Shown here: positions 1 to 15,640 of the stretch, piece by piece
Layout of the letters: the number at the start of each line of letters is the position of its first letter
How positions within the stretch are numbered: position 1 is the stretch's first letter
Source of the DNA: the human T2T-CHM13v2.0 reference genome, Homo sapiens
Assembly (NCBI RefSeq): GCF_009914755.1
Contig: NC_060947.1
Strand: one strand, 5' to 3'
DNA length: 64,000 bases
Notes under the pieces: generated by a model
What the model was told of the DNA's origin: nothing
What the model saw: the letters and a program-made list of their open reading frames with translations, nothing else
Database searches by the model: none
Translations under genes and position numbers: made by a program

Positions 1-245
1 CTCTTAGGCTGGCTATTATATATATGAAAAAGATAGCTGTTGGCAAAGATGTGGAAAAAATGGAACCCTTGTACACTGTCGGTGGGAATGTAAAATTGTT
101 TAGCCACTATGAAAAATAGTATGGAGATTCCCTGAAATTTTTTAAAATAGAAATACCATATGATCCAGTGAAACTACTTCTGGGTATATATCCAAAGAAT
201 TGAGATTAGAATTTCAGATATCTGCATTCCCATGTTTATTGAGGC
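1..245 (+). mobile_element. Old L1 (L1MA/L1MB-type) fragment, ORF2 3' end
   Basis: L1 motifs 'ggaacccttgtacactgtcggtgggaatgtaaa', 'ccatatgatccag', 'ctgggtatatatccaaag'. Confidence 0.8.
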
Positions 246-374
246 CCGCTTCTAAGACCACAAATCTTCCACAAATAATCTACTTTCTTCCTTCAGCTCA
301 AGCTATTTAGTAGTTTCCAGTTTCTACTTCTGAAGGGAAATTGTCCTTGGAGCAGCATTATTTCTCTTTATTTA

Positions 375-660
<286 letters not shown>

Positions 661-1017
661 CTCTTTATTTAATATACTTTATAATCTCTCTAGAGAAAAA
701 AGTGACAAACTATTTTCATGGTGACTTTATCTACCTGATAGCCAAAGCAACAAATTCCTGGAATATGTTCCCTTAGTAATGTTTTTCTGGAGAAATTTAT
801 GTTATTTAATTTCAGTTTTAAAATTTTATCTCCATTTTAATTTTTTTATTTTCCATTTCCAACCTTCTTTCCCATTCATAGGAAATACTTATAATGTGTT
901 ACATACACTTTTGTTTGTTTTCCTGAAAAACGTGCTTTATATTTTATGTGTAAGTAGTTTTAATATACAAAACTGTTATTGTATAATATATCTCATTCTG
1001 TTTTTTACTCGTTATCA

Positions 1018-1153
1018 TGTATTGCATTATTGTTCAAAGCATTTGCTGCCCTTTGCTGTAGGAGGAGTATACTTCCCTTCTCCATTAATATCAGACTTGA
1101 CTAGGGGACCTTGTTTGGCCGATGAAATGTGATAAGTGGCATGTGTCATTCTT
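1018..1153 (+). mobile_element. MLT1 (MLT1I/J-like) MaLR LTR fragment
   Basis: 'tatacttccc...ccatt...accttgtttggccgatgaaatgtga...tgtgtca' resembles the MLT1 5' region. Confidence 0.55.
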
Positions 1154-1249
1154 TGGTTTGTTTGTTTTTTTCATATCTCGATCTCAACTAGACGTAAGAT
1201 GTTTCATTGCCAGTTTGAAAGTAAAACGTTGTATTTCTCTTTGCTGCTT

Positions 1250-4200
1250 TCTTAAGACCAATCTCATGTATAATTAGCCCTATGGATAGTTTAAACCCAC
1301 AAAATTCACATTTTCCTACAAAAATCACAAATGTTTTCCTAAACTTCCTGTTTCTTCATTCTTCATCATGTCTACTCCTATAATTTGGATATTGTCCATG
1401 ATTATAGTTCCTCATTGTTGAGGATAAATGCTTTCAACAGTGTTAGATTTTAAAAAAAACAAAACAAAGCCCTTACCAATGTATTGTATAACTCTTATAT
1501 TTAGCATCTTTTGCTGCAACTTTGAGATTTATTTATCCTCCTATCTAAGCAACTCCTCTAAATGTGTTTACAACTCTATTTCATTATTTCAAAAAATGGT
1601 GTTTTCAACACATTTGGGGTCTTTTTAAGAAAACTTTCTGAAGCATCTCTTACAATACCTGACTTTCGCATTTGAATGACAGTTTAGTTGGATATAAAAT
1701 TCTGGTTACAAAATATTTTCCTTCAGTTAAAAAAATATTGTTCTGTTGTCTGCTAGAATCTCACATAGTGTTGAGAAGGCTCATTCTTATTTTGTATTTT
1801 TCTGTCTGAAAGTTTTGAACTTTTAATAATTTTTAATTTTATATCTTTTCTGTTTAACAATCCATGACATGAGTTATTTCATCTTTCTTTATTTCTAAGA
1901 GTTTTATTTTGACCATTACTTAAAAATTATCCTTCTGTCTGTTATTATTTTCTGCTCTATTGAAGACTATAAGTATCTGAATATTGATAATGCTATTCAA
2001 ATTCCTCTTTTTCTCTTTTAGTCTAGCTTCTATTTTTGCATGATTTCTTGGTACTTTTGGAAAAATTCTTCATTCAGATCTTCCATTGTACTACATTTTC
2101 CATCTGTTTTTTTTTACACTACACGTGATCTAATCTATTTGGTTATTGCTTTTAATGATTATAATTTTCTTACCTGATTTTTATAATTTCTAAAAATATT
2201 TTTATGTGTATATTACTAATATATTATCATCTAAATCTAGCATTATCTGTTTATTTTTAATTACTTAACTGTTAGTTGGAATAATTCTGCTATTGATGTT
2301 GTATGCTGTTAACTTTGGATTTTCCTTCAAAATAAATATAAATGATGTTGGATGTTTTGCTTTTGAGTTAATGTTCCCCTTAAGATATCAGATAAATGCT
2401 TCATAAACAGATAAAGGAATATTCCCTAGGGAGATGCCAAAAACGAGAAATTAATTTTTGTTAATTCAATTTGGTCTAATTAGAGGAGAGTATAAAATTT
2501 CCAGGTAGAAAGGCTAATGAAAGGCAAATAAGCTAGACACAAAATAATACATATATATTCTTCCATTTAAATGAAAGTAAGAAATGGGCACACCAAGTTT
2601 ATGATGGGAGAGGTCATTGCAGCTTTTGAAGTTAGCATCTTCTTTCAACTATTTTAGAATGTAAACTTTGTCAAAATTCAAGCAACCACATATAAAAAGA
2701 TCTGTTCCTGGATTTTCTATTATATTGCACTGTTCTGTTTTTCTATCTTTATATAAATAACACACTGTTTTAATCACTGTAGCTGTGTAATAAATCTTGA
2801 TATTTGACAGTGTTAGTGTGCCAGCTTTACTTTTATTTTTAAAATTGTCTTAGCTACTTTTGCCCTTTGCATTGAGATATATACATGTCAATATACATAT
2901 ATATAACATACTTCTTAATTTACACATATGTGCACACATTCACTTAACAAGTTGCTATAATTTTGACTGGTATTGAATTTACAGATGAACATTTAGGGAT
3001 AATTACATCTTACCATAATACGTCTTCTAATTCTTGAACCTGGACTATTCCTCCACTTACTTAGGTCTTCCTCAATTATTTGAAATAGTGTTTTATATTT
3101 TTCGTCTTATAGACATTGCACATACTATTTTTAATTTATAAATATATATTGGTGTGGTTTATGCTACACTCGATATCCTTTTTAGCATTCCTTTTTCATT
3201 TGTCTGTTGCTGCTATGTAGAAATATAATTAAATACTATATATTGACATTGTGTCAGTGAACTTTCTAAGTTCACTAATTAATTTCAAATATTTGTACAC
3301 TATTTTGAATTTTATGCATTCACAATTATGCCATCTTCAGTTAATGAGTATTTTGTTTCTTCCTTTCTAATTGCTAAAATTTTCATTCTAAATATACCTA
3401 ATCAGACTGCCAGAACTATGCTGAATAGAAATAAATATAAAATATATCTTCTTGTTTTTGTTCTTCAAGGAAAACAATTCAGCTTAATTTCATTACATAT
3501 GATATATGCTTTAGTTTTCCCAAGTAACTTTTTTCAAAATAAAAAAATTGTTTTGTCAAAAAAAATTGTTTTGTTCTTCGTTTGCCAATAGATTTTATCA
3601 TGAATGGATATCATTAATTCATATTGAATTCCATTAAATGCTTTTTTTTCTGAATCCATTATGCTAATCATGTGATATTCCTTCTATTTCTCTTTTAATG
3701 TGAATTGTATTGATTGATTTTTAACTTGTTGAGATTTATTTAGAACTTAGCATATGTATTCATGCGAGAAATGTATCTGTTGATTTATTTTCTTTCAGTG
3801 CCTTTGTGAGGGTTTGTTATTTGGGTTATGTAGACCTCATAAAATGATTTGATGATATGCACCTCTACCACCTTTTGATTACCTGGATGGGTATGAATAA
3901 TGTTTGATATTAGTTCTTACATAAATGTTTGAGAGAATTAACCAGCAAAGCCATTTGACCTAGAGTTTTCTTTGTACAAAAGTCTTTATTTACAGTTTTA
4001 AATTATGTAATAGATATGAATGAAGCTGTTCTGATTTTGTATTTTTTATTGTGCCAGTCTTAACAAGTTATGTTTCTGGGACTATTTCCTTATACAAGGA
4101 AATAGTATAGTTTTTCTTTTTATTGACATAAAGTTGTCTATAAATGTTCTTATTTCATCTTTAAAATCTGTAGAATCTTTATTTATACCCCCTTTTCATT

Positions 4201-5480
4201 CCTGATATTATTTTTGTTCCTTCTATTTTTTTGTTTTGTTGAAAAAAAAGCTCTCTTTGCAGTCAATGTTTTTATTTTTTCTGATTGTTCTCTTTCACTT
4301 TGACTTTCAGTAGTTCTATTATAATATGCCTAGATGTGGCTTTCTTTGTGTTTGCCCTACTTGGAGTGTAGAATTTCTTGAACTTGGGTTTTGATATCAT
4401 TAATCAGTTTTGGAAAAAATCTTAGCCATTATCTTTTGCAATATTGCCCTGCACTTTTCTCTCCTCTCTCCTTCATGGCTCTCATTTGCATTATACTGGT
4501 CATTTTCACTGTGCCCCATATGTTTCTCATGCTCTTTTTTTGTAGTTGTCTTTTTTTGTACTTCTGTTTGCTCTCTGTGTTTCAGTCTGAATACTGGCAA
4601 GATAGTGTCAATAACTGCGACATCTCTTGGTTTGTTTCTATTGTCGATCATATTTTTCTTTTGGTCTTTTGTTATACTTGTAAAGTTTCTGTTAAATCCA
4701 AGACATTGTTTTGAGTCTGTTAAGTTTCTAAGTAATGGTATTTTTTTCTAGAGTTCGTTTACTCCATATACCTTGGTAAACTAAGGGTCGGTTGATCTTA
4801 AATCAAATAGGGACTCAGCCAACTAAGCCTTATAGGTTCATTTTACTTTTGGTTCTTATCTGCTCTTCAAAATTCATCCTCCCACTTCCAAATGAAAGAT
4901 TAGGACATTTACTAAGATCCTTTTTTCCGTGGTGTGTTTTGGACATCAGTTGTGTCACCTCAGAATAAAGAGATTGTTGAAACCTTTACTACTTGTCTTT
5001 TAGAAGCTTTCAATTTAGTTTTTCTGCTTTTTACCCTGAAACAGTTTAATAATTTAGCAAATGCCTTCAAGTGAAACTTGACTTCACACTCTGCCCCTTT
5101 TTTCTCATGTTGGTCTTTCAAGTCCTGTCTGTCTTGGCAGCCACATACTTCAATTTTTGTACCTTCTGCTTTGTGAGTTTTCTAAAAAGCTCTGTTGGCT
5201 TTTCTGCCTCTAAGCAGTAGCATTTTACTAGATTTGCAGCATCTTGCTCCATGCCAAGAATTGGCAAATGTTCCTAGGAAAATTCAACTCATAGAATATT
5301 TGCTCACTTGTTTGCAGTTCACTTCTTTTGAGAAATTTGACTACTTAAATTCTGTGGGGTTCAATTTTAATCTGATGGAATGCCTTTAAAGGCATATATG
5401 TTTGGATAGATTTTTTTCCTTAATCTGGCTCTTTAAATTTTATAGCAGTAACATTGGTTTTTCACAAGATACTTTATCAT
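1250..5480 (-). mobile_element. Mosaic of ancient L1M/L1ME fragments (ORF2 and 5'/ORF1 regions)
   Basis: T-rich antisense L1 motifs, e.g. 'gccagaactatgctgaatag', 'ttttatcatgaatgga', 'gacctcataaaatga', 'cctagatgtggctttctttgtg'; boundaries approximate. Confidence 0.65.
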
Positions 5481-5894
5481 AGTCAGGAGCTTAATTCCCA
5501 TCAAGGCACTTCTGATTAATTTTTTTGGCTACCACTCCCCCAGGAAACAGACATAGTCATTACATTCACCTTTACAGCCTTCAGAGGAATCGACATTGGA
5601 AATAGGCACACTCCCTGGTTTTTAGGAAAGTGGTGAGATAAAAAACATCCCTGGAACCCCTTTACCTGTGCTCGTAAATTTCTTATCTCAGCAGGTCTTT
5701 TTCATTGCCCATGTTATACCTCAGACAGCAGCACTAGTGGCCCCACTGATGTGAGCCATTTCTCAGCCAAAGAAACATGTTAAAATTTTCCCAAGGCAAT
5801 GAGTGTCAGCAACAGGAGCAGAATTTTTAAAGTTCTTTAATTCCACATTTTTCTGGTACAGTCAACCTCAGTTTCTCATCAGCTTAGCTCCTGG

Positions 5895-8800
5895 ATTAAA
5901 GATGAAGCTGGGTATCCTTGAGGAAAGACCCTGCTAAGCTGCCAAAAATTTAAACCTATACTATGTCTCCTAGCCTTCTCCAAAGGGACCTATGGCATTT
6001 TACCAGAGAGATTGTACACAGAGGAAATAGAAATAATAAGATGTTTGATGATTACTGAACACTGAACTGACCCTAATTACAAGACTCAAAATGTCACTGT
6101 GTTCTGCCAATCAGAGTAAGACCCATAGAAGTTAGGTAATGGAATTTTAGCTCAGGTCCTTTTCACACTGGGTCTAGTTGGTCCCCAACCACATCCTGTA
6201 GTTATTTCCATACTTCTAGAATACAGAATTGGAGTAGTTATACTCAGCAACTGGTAGAATACAAATATAAGTTTCCTGAACTGTGGTGTGAGGGGTATTA
6301 TGGTAGGAAAGCCCAAGTGGAAACCACTAGAACTTCTTCTACTGAGGAAAACAGTATGTCAGAAGGAATAACACATTCCTGGAGAGTTGGCAGAGATGAG
6401 TGCCACCAATCAGGACTAGAAGGATGCAAGGGAGATGATTCCCACAACAACCCCATTAAATTCACCTATTTGGCCTATGTAGAAAACAGATGAATCTTGG
6501 AAAATGACAGTGGATTATCATACACATAGGCAGATGGTGACTCCAATTGCAGCTACTGTTCCAGATACGGTTTGGTTGCTTGAGCAAATTAACGCATACC
6601 TGATATCTAGTGTACAGCTAATAACCTGAAAAATGCTTTTTTTCTCCAAACTTGCTACTAAAGCCCACCAGAGCAGTTTCCTTTCATTTGGCAAGCCAAC
6701 AATACATCACTCTCCTAACGCAGGGGTATATCAACTCCCTGGATCTATGTTAAAGTTTAGTCCACCTTGCTTACCTTTCCCTTCCACAAGACATCATCAG
6801 ACTGGTTCACTAAATTGATGACATTATGTTAATTGGACCAAGTAAGCAAGAACTATCAGCTACTATGGACTTATTGATAGGGAATTTGTTTGTCAAATGG
6901 TGGGAAATACATCCAACAAAAATTCATGGGTCTTACACTTCAATTACTAGGTACTTAGTGGTGGTGACAATTTTGATATATCCTAGATTTCTAAGTGGTT
7001 GTGTCTGGTTCTACCACCGGAAAATGAGATCCAACATCTAGTGGGCTTCTTTGGATTTTGGGGGCAACACATTTTTCATTTGGTTGTGCTACCACCTCCC
7101 ATTTATTGCATGATGAAAAAAGTTGCAGTTTTGAGTGGAGCCCAGAAAAAGGGAAGGTTTGGAAACAGGTTCCAAGCTGCTGTGGAAGCTGCTCTGCCAC
7201 TTGGACCATATGATTCAGCAGATCCAGTGGTGCTTGAAGTTTCAGTGACAGGTAGAGATGCTGTCTAGAGCCTTTGGCAGGTCCTATAGGTAACTCATAC
7301 TGCAGACATCTGTGAGTTGAAGCAAAGCCTTGCCATCCTCTGTGGATAGCTACTTTTCTTCTGAGAAACAGTTTTTGGCCTTAGTAGAGGCTGAACACCT
7401 AGCCATGGGCCACCAAGTTCCCATGTGACCTGAGTTGCCCATCATGAACTGAGTGTTGTCTGACCTACCAAGCTGTAAAGTTGGGTGTATACAGCAGTAC
7501 TCCATAAGCAAATGGAAGTGGTATATATGAGATTGGGCCTGAGCAGGTCCTGAAGGCACAAGTAACTTACATGAAGAAATTGCATATATGCTAATGGTCT
7601 TCCTTTTGCTACACTGCCTTCTGTCTCTCAATCTCCATCTCTGGCCTAATGGTAAATTCTCTACAATCAGGTGACAAAGGAAGAGAATAATTGAGCCTGG
7701 TATACAGATGGCTCTGCATAATACAGTAGGCATCACCTGAAAGTGGACAGCTGCAGCACTACAGCCCCTCTCTAAGACATTCCCGAAGGACAGGGAAGAA
7801 AAAAAAAGTGAGGGGAAATTTTGCTTGGAACATTTTATGTTTCATGGAAGGAGAAATGGCCAGATGTGTGACTGCATACTGATTCATGGTCTGTAGCCAA
7901 GGGTTTTATTGGATGGTCAGGGACTTGGCAGGAGCATGACTGAAAAATTGGGAACTAAGAAATTTGGGGAAGAGGAATGTATCCAGACCTCTCTGAACAG
8001 GTGAAAAATGTTTTTAAAAAGTCCATTTCATGTGAATGTTCACCAAAGGATAACCTTAGCATAGATGGCTTTTAATAATTAAGTGGACAAGATTACTTAC
8101 TCTGTGTATCCCAGTCAGCCTCTTTATCCCACCTCCTGTGTCATTCTCCCATGGCCTCATGAACAAAGTGGCCATGTTTGGCAGGAATAGAGGTTATCTA
8201 TGAGCTTAGAAATAAGGATTTCCGCTAACCAAGGCCAAACTTGCTATAGCCACTGCTGAGCAGGCAATAAACCAACTGTAGGTACCAGCAATGGGTCTAT
8301 GATATGGTACCATTTTCTGGGGTTGGTCACTAGCTACCTTGTGGCAGGCTAATTACAATGGATCACTTCCATCGTGGAAGGGAAGGCACTTTCTTCTTAT
8401 TAGAAGAGATGTTGCTATGGTCTGAATGTTTGTGTCTCCCCAAAAGTTACAGGCTCAAGCCTGTCCCCCAAGGTAATGATTTAGGAGGGGGCCCTTTTAG
8501 GGGTTGATTAGGTCATGAGAGAGAGCCTTCACGAATGGATTAGTGCCCTTATGAAAGAAGATTAAGGTATCTTGTTCATCCTTTCAGCCATGTGAGGACA
8601 CAACAAGAAGGCATCACCAATGAAGAATAGGCCTTCATCAGACATCCAATCTGCAGGCCTCTTGATCTTGGACTTCCTAATCTACAGAATTGTGAGTGAT
8701 AAAATTCTGTTTTTTATAAATTACCCATCCTAAAGTATTTTTCTTATAGCAGGCCAAATTGAGACAGATACTTACACTGGATATAGATTTGCTTTATTTC

Positions 8801-9800
8801 TACACAATGCTTATACCCAAACTACTATCTGTGGAATACAGATAATGCCTTATCCATCACTATGGTGTTCCTCAAAGCGTTGCTTTTGATCAAAATCTCC
8901 CTTTAGAGCAAATGAAGTGCAGCAATGGGGAACATACTCATAGGATTCACTAGTATTACTGTGTTTTCCATAATCTCAAAACAAGTGGCTTGACAGAATG
9001 GTGGAATGGCCTTTTGAAAACCCAGCTACAGGATCAGGTAGACAAAATTCCTTGCAGCACTGGGGCAGCATTCACCAGGAGTCTGTATATGCCCTGAATC
9101 AATGTTAAATATATGTTGGTGTTTCATTCATGGCCAGATTTCACAGGCCCCAAAATCAAGGGGGGAAAATGGTAGTGGCACCACTCATTATTAGTGTCCC
9201 TAATGATGCACTAGCAATAAATGTTACTTCCTGTCCCTGAAACCTTAAGTTCTGCTGGTCTATAGGTCTCAATTTCAAAGGGAGACATGTTTCCACTAAG
9301 AGACATAAGAATGATTCTGCTGAACTGGAAGCTAAGACTGTCACCCTACTACATTACACTTATGCCTCTGAGTCAACAGGCAATGAAGTTACCTTGCTGG
9401 CTGGGTTGATTTGTCCTGATTAGTGAGAGAATGTTGGACTGCAGTTACACAATTGAGGTAAAGAAATGTAAGTCTGGAAGACAGGACATACAGAATCTCT
9501 TAGGATATCTCCTAGTACTACCATACCATCTGATTATACTCAATGGAAAGCAATAACAACCCAAATCAGGAAGGACTACTAATGACCCAAACCCTTCATG
9601 AATAAAGATTTAGGGAATCCCAGTAGGCAAAGAGCCATTACCAGTTTAGGGGCTTGCTGAGCACAATGCAAATATGGATTGGATAGTAGAAAAAAGTAGT
9701 TATAACTCTTAGCTATGATCATGTGATCAGTTGCAGGAATGAAGATTGTAATTATTACAAATTTTGATGTCTTATTTCATTATGTTTGTGTGTATATATA
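5895..9800 (+). mobile_element. ERVL-class (HERVL/ERVL-E-like) internal region: decayed protease-RT-RNaseH-integrase-dUTPase
   Basis: RT motifs 'NSPIWP', 'SWKMTVDY', and YIDD as cac-TAA-att-gat-gac (stop at 6811-6813); 'LVGFFGFWGQHI' in ORF 6999-7268; integrase-like 'gaatggtggaatggccttttgaa'; dUTPase-like block ~9280-9560; many stops and frameshifts. Confidence 0.9.
8413..8766 (+). mobile_element. MLT1A/MLT1A0 solo LTR nested in the ERVL integrase
   Basis: Starts 'tgctatggtctgaatgtttgtgtc', contains 'cttgatcttggacttcc', ends 'gagaca'; ERVL sequence resumes immediately after. Confidence 0.85.
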
Positions 9801-9894
9801 ATATATACCAATGGTTGTATTGTCTTCTTTTACCCACTTATCATCTAACATAATATATTTTAATAATAGTTATTGCCATCGTATTATTTTTTAC

Positions 9895-11590
<1,696 letters not shown>

Positions 11591-13752
11591 TTTACAGCTC
11601 CACATGGCTGGAGAGACCTCAAAATCATGGCGGGAGTTGAAAGGCACTTCTTACATGGCAGCAGCAAGAGAAAATGAGAAAGAAGTAAAAGTGGAAACCC
11701 CTGATAAACCCATCAGATCTTGTGAGACTTATTCACTATCACGAGAATAGCATGGGAAAGACCAGCTCCCATGATTCAATTACCTCCCCCTGGGTCCCTC
11801 CCACAGCAGGTAGGGATTCTGGGAATTCAAGTTGGCCCCTCCAAATCTCATGTCCTCACATTTCAAAACCAATCACTACTTCCCCACAGTCCCCCAAAGT
11901 CTTAGCTCATTGCAGCTTTAACCCAAAACTCCACAGTCCAAAAGTCTCATCTGAGACAAGATAAGTCCCTTCCACCTATGAACCTGTAAAATCAAAAGCA
12001 AGCTAGTTATCTCCTAGATACAATAGAGGTACAGGTATTGGGTACATACAGCTGTTCCAAATGGGAGAAATTGGCCAAAACAAAGGGGTTACAAAGATCA
12101 TGCAAGTCCGAAATCTAGCAGGGCAATCAAATTTGAAAGCTCCAAAATGATCTCCTTTGACTCCAGGTCTCACATCCAGATCATTCTGATGCAAGAGGTA
12201 GGTTCCCATGGTCTTGGCAGTTCCACCCCTGTGGCTTTGCAGGCTACAGCCTTCCTCCCAGCTGCTTTCTATTGGCTGGTGCTGAGTGTCTGCAGCTTTT
12301 CCAGGCACACGTGCAAGCTGTTGGTGGATCTACCATTCTGGTGTCTGGAGGACGGTGGCCCTCTTCTCACAGCTACACTAGGCAATGCCCCAGTAGGAAT
12401 TCTTGGTCAGGGCTCTGACCCCACATTTCTCTTCCACGCTGCCCTAGCAGAGGTTCTCCATGAGGGCCCTGCCCCTGCAGCAAACTTTGGCCTGGGCATC
12501 CAGGCATTTCCATACATCTTCTGAAATCTAGGTGGAGGTTCCCAAACCTCAATTATTGGCTTCTCTGCACCCACAGCCTCAACACCCCATGGAAGCTGCC
12601 AAGGCTTGGGGCTTTCACTCTCTAAAGCTCTCTGTTGGCTCTATGTTGGCCCCTTTCAGACATGGCTGGAGCAGCTGGGACACAGGGCACCAAGTCCCTA
12701 GGTTGCACACAGCACGGGGACCCCGGCCCAGACCATGAAACTACTTTTTCCTCCTGGGCCTCTGGGCCTGTGATGGGAGGGGCTGCTGTGAAGGTCTCTG
12801 ATGTGACCTGGAGACATTTTCCCCATGGTCTTGGGGATTAACATTAGGCCCCTTGCTACTTATGCAAATTTATGCAGCTGGCTTGAATTTCTCCTCAAAA
12901 AATGGGTTTTTCTTTTCTACTGCATCATTAGGCTGCAAATTTTCTGAACTTTTATGCTCTTTCCCTTTTAAGACAGAATGCTTTTAACAGCACCCAAGTC
13001 ACCTCTTGAATGCTTTTCTGCTTAGAAATTTCTTCCACCAGATACCCTAAGTCATCTCTCTCAAGTTCGAAGTTCCACAAATCTCTAGGGCAGGGACAAA
13101 ATGCGGCCAGTCTCTTTGCTAAAACATAGTAAGAGTCACCTTTGCTCCAGTTCCAAACAAGTTCCTCATCTCCATCTGAGACCACCTCAGCCTGGACCTT
13201 AATGTTCATATCACTATCAGCATTTTTGTCAAAGCCATTCAACAAATATCTAGGAGGTTTTAAACTTTTCCACATGTTCCTGTCTTCTTCTGAGCCCTCC
13301 AAACTGTTCCAGCCTGTGTCTGTTACCCAGTTCCAAAGTCACTTCCACATTTTTGGGTATCTTTTCAGCAACGACCCACTCTAGTGGTACCAATTTACTG
13401 TATTAGTCCTTTTTCACGCTGCTAATAAAGACATACCTGAGAATGGGATGAAAAAGAGGTTTAATTGGACTTACAGTTCCACATGGCTGGGGAGACCTCA
13501 GAATCATGGCAGGAGGTGAAAGGCACTTCTTACATGGCAGTGGAAAGAGAAAATGAGAAAGAATCAAAAGCAGAAACCCCTGATAAACCCATTAGATCTC
13601 ACGAGACTTATTCACTATCATGAGAATAGCACAGGAAAGACCGGCCCCCATGATTTAATTACCACCCCCTGGGTCCCTCCCACAACACATGGGAATTCTG
13701 CGAGATACAATTCAATTTGAGATTTGGCTGGGCACACAGCCAAACCACATCA
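11591..13752 (-). mobile_element. THE1A MaLR element: truncated LTR 11591-11834, THE1-int 11835-13398, complete LTR 13399-13752
   Basis: Two homologous LTRs ('cccctgataaacccat.agatct', 'ccccctgggtccctcccaca'); right LTR bounded by tg...ca; ~1.56-kb THE1 internal sequence. Confidence 0.93.
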
Positions 13753-13788
13753 TTTAATTAAAATTTAAGTATTAAATAGCATAAAGTA

Positions 13789-14103
<315 letters not shown>

Positions 14104-14639
14104 TTAAAATAATTATACAGCTTAAAAAAAATTCCTGATTTCCACTATATCTTCCCAGTCAAACAATCCAGGAGTCGAAACCATCAATTGCTTCTTTATA
14201 AAAATCTTTCAATGCTTAATTTGAAGGCAACGATAGTAAAGACAATTTTGGAAAATTAAAAAGTAGTAAAAAAAGAAAATCAATCATGTTCCCACTACCT
14301 AAACACAACCATTTTCATTTTATGCACATATGTGCTCAGTATTTTTCTATGTACATAGATATTTGGCATAACTTTAATAATAGTGTAGATACCATATGTA
14401 TAATATATTTGTATGTATCTACATACATCACCATTCTTATTGTAAAGGATGCATAGAAACAGTGGATTAGGTGGGAGATCAGAGTATGGGTCACACTCAA
14501 GAATGGGGAGACAATTACCCCATGCAAAATAATTTTCCTAGATCTTTTAACCAAAATATATTATGCAGATGTGACTTAATGCTAAATCATGTGCCTGTTA
14601 ATGACTGTTTCTAATTTTACACAATGTAGATTGTGCTGT

Positions 14640-14850
14640 TTGAGAAGTAGGACTTCTATCAGAAACCCAAATGTGATGTCTTAAACACAGAAAAGAAGCC
14701 TAGTGTGGTCAGTCCAGGGTTACCCTTGTTTTCCAAAACGACATCAAGGACTTAGACTTTTTCTATCTTTCTACCTTTGCCCTTTTTTACATAGAAGTGA
14801 AACTCATGATCACAAGATGGCTGCAGGAACCCCAGCCACCATGCTTAATA
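14640..14850 (-). mobile_element. Ancient MaLR/ERVL LTR fragment (MLT1L/LTR33-like)
   Basis: 'ctcatgatcacaagatggctgcag', 'gacatcaaggac...ttctatctt'. Confidence 0.45.
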
Positions 14851-15429
14851 CCAAACAGCCATAAACTGTTTCTTGAACAATTTCCAAATTTCCATGTTTA
14901 TAACTGGTGAGTGTGTTTATGTATTTTGTATCCAAGTGTAATTAAGTAATTATAGCTCTAGCAGCACATATATGTGAAAAGCTTAAATAGATATATGTAT
15001 ATACAGACACATCCACACATATATAACTTAACTAAAAATTAAGCAATTATGACTGTAGCAGGACATATATATATATAAATATACAATTGAAAAAAAAGAT
15101 CTCTAGGAACTTGACCAGAAAATGTGAAAGGTCACATTAGCCTAGGAATTCAAATGCACCATTATGTATAAGCCTTTGATGATACAGTCCTGTATATTCC
15201 AGTGGATTGGAAATAATGCCTGCCCCTGATGCCTGAGAAAAGGTACTGAGCCCCTTAAGACTTGGAAGTAAAATGAAGATACCCAATAATTTATATTTTT
15301 GAATGTTACTGGAATTATCTTCCATGAGAAGCATTTGTATTGAAGTTATTTTTATGTTGTAAAGACAATTAATCAGGGGCTATGTGGGATGACCTTAAGG
15401 TAATGAAGACCAATATGAAATGCTCAGCT

Positions 15430-15640
15430 AATAATCTGATACAGTAATCCAGATATGGGCAAATACAGGTCAGAACGACAGCAATGACGAGGGAAAAAGA
15501 AAGGAAGAGACATTATTAAGAGGAACTTCAAGAACAGATTCTTTCAATATTTAGCAATGTCTATATATGGAACAAATTAAATAAATCAACAATGACTCCA
15601 AGATTTCCAGCTTGTATTGCCTGGGCAAAATGACACATAG
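15430..15640 (-). mobile_element. L2 fragment
   Basis: 'aatgactccaagatttccagcttg', 'cagtaatccagat'. Confidence 0.5.

Noticed and set aside
11722-13384. Cluster of 68-125 aa ORFs
   Set aside because: All within the THE1A LTR or internal sequence
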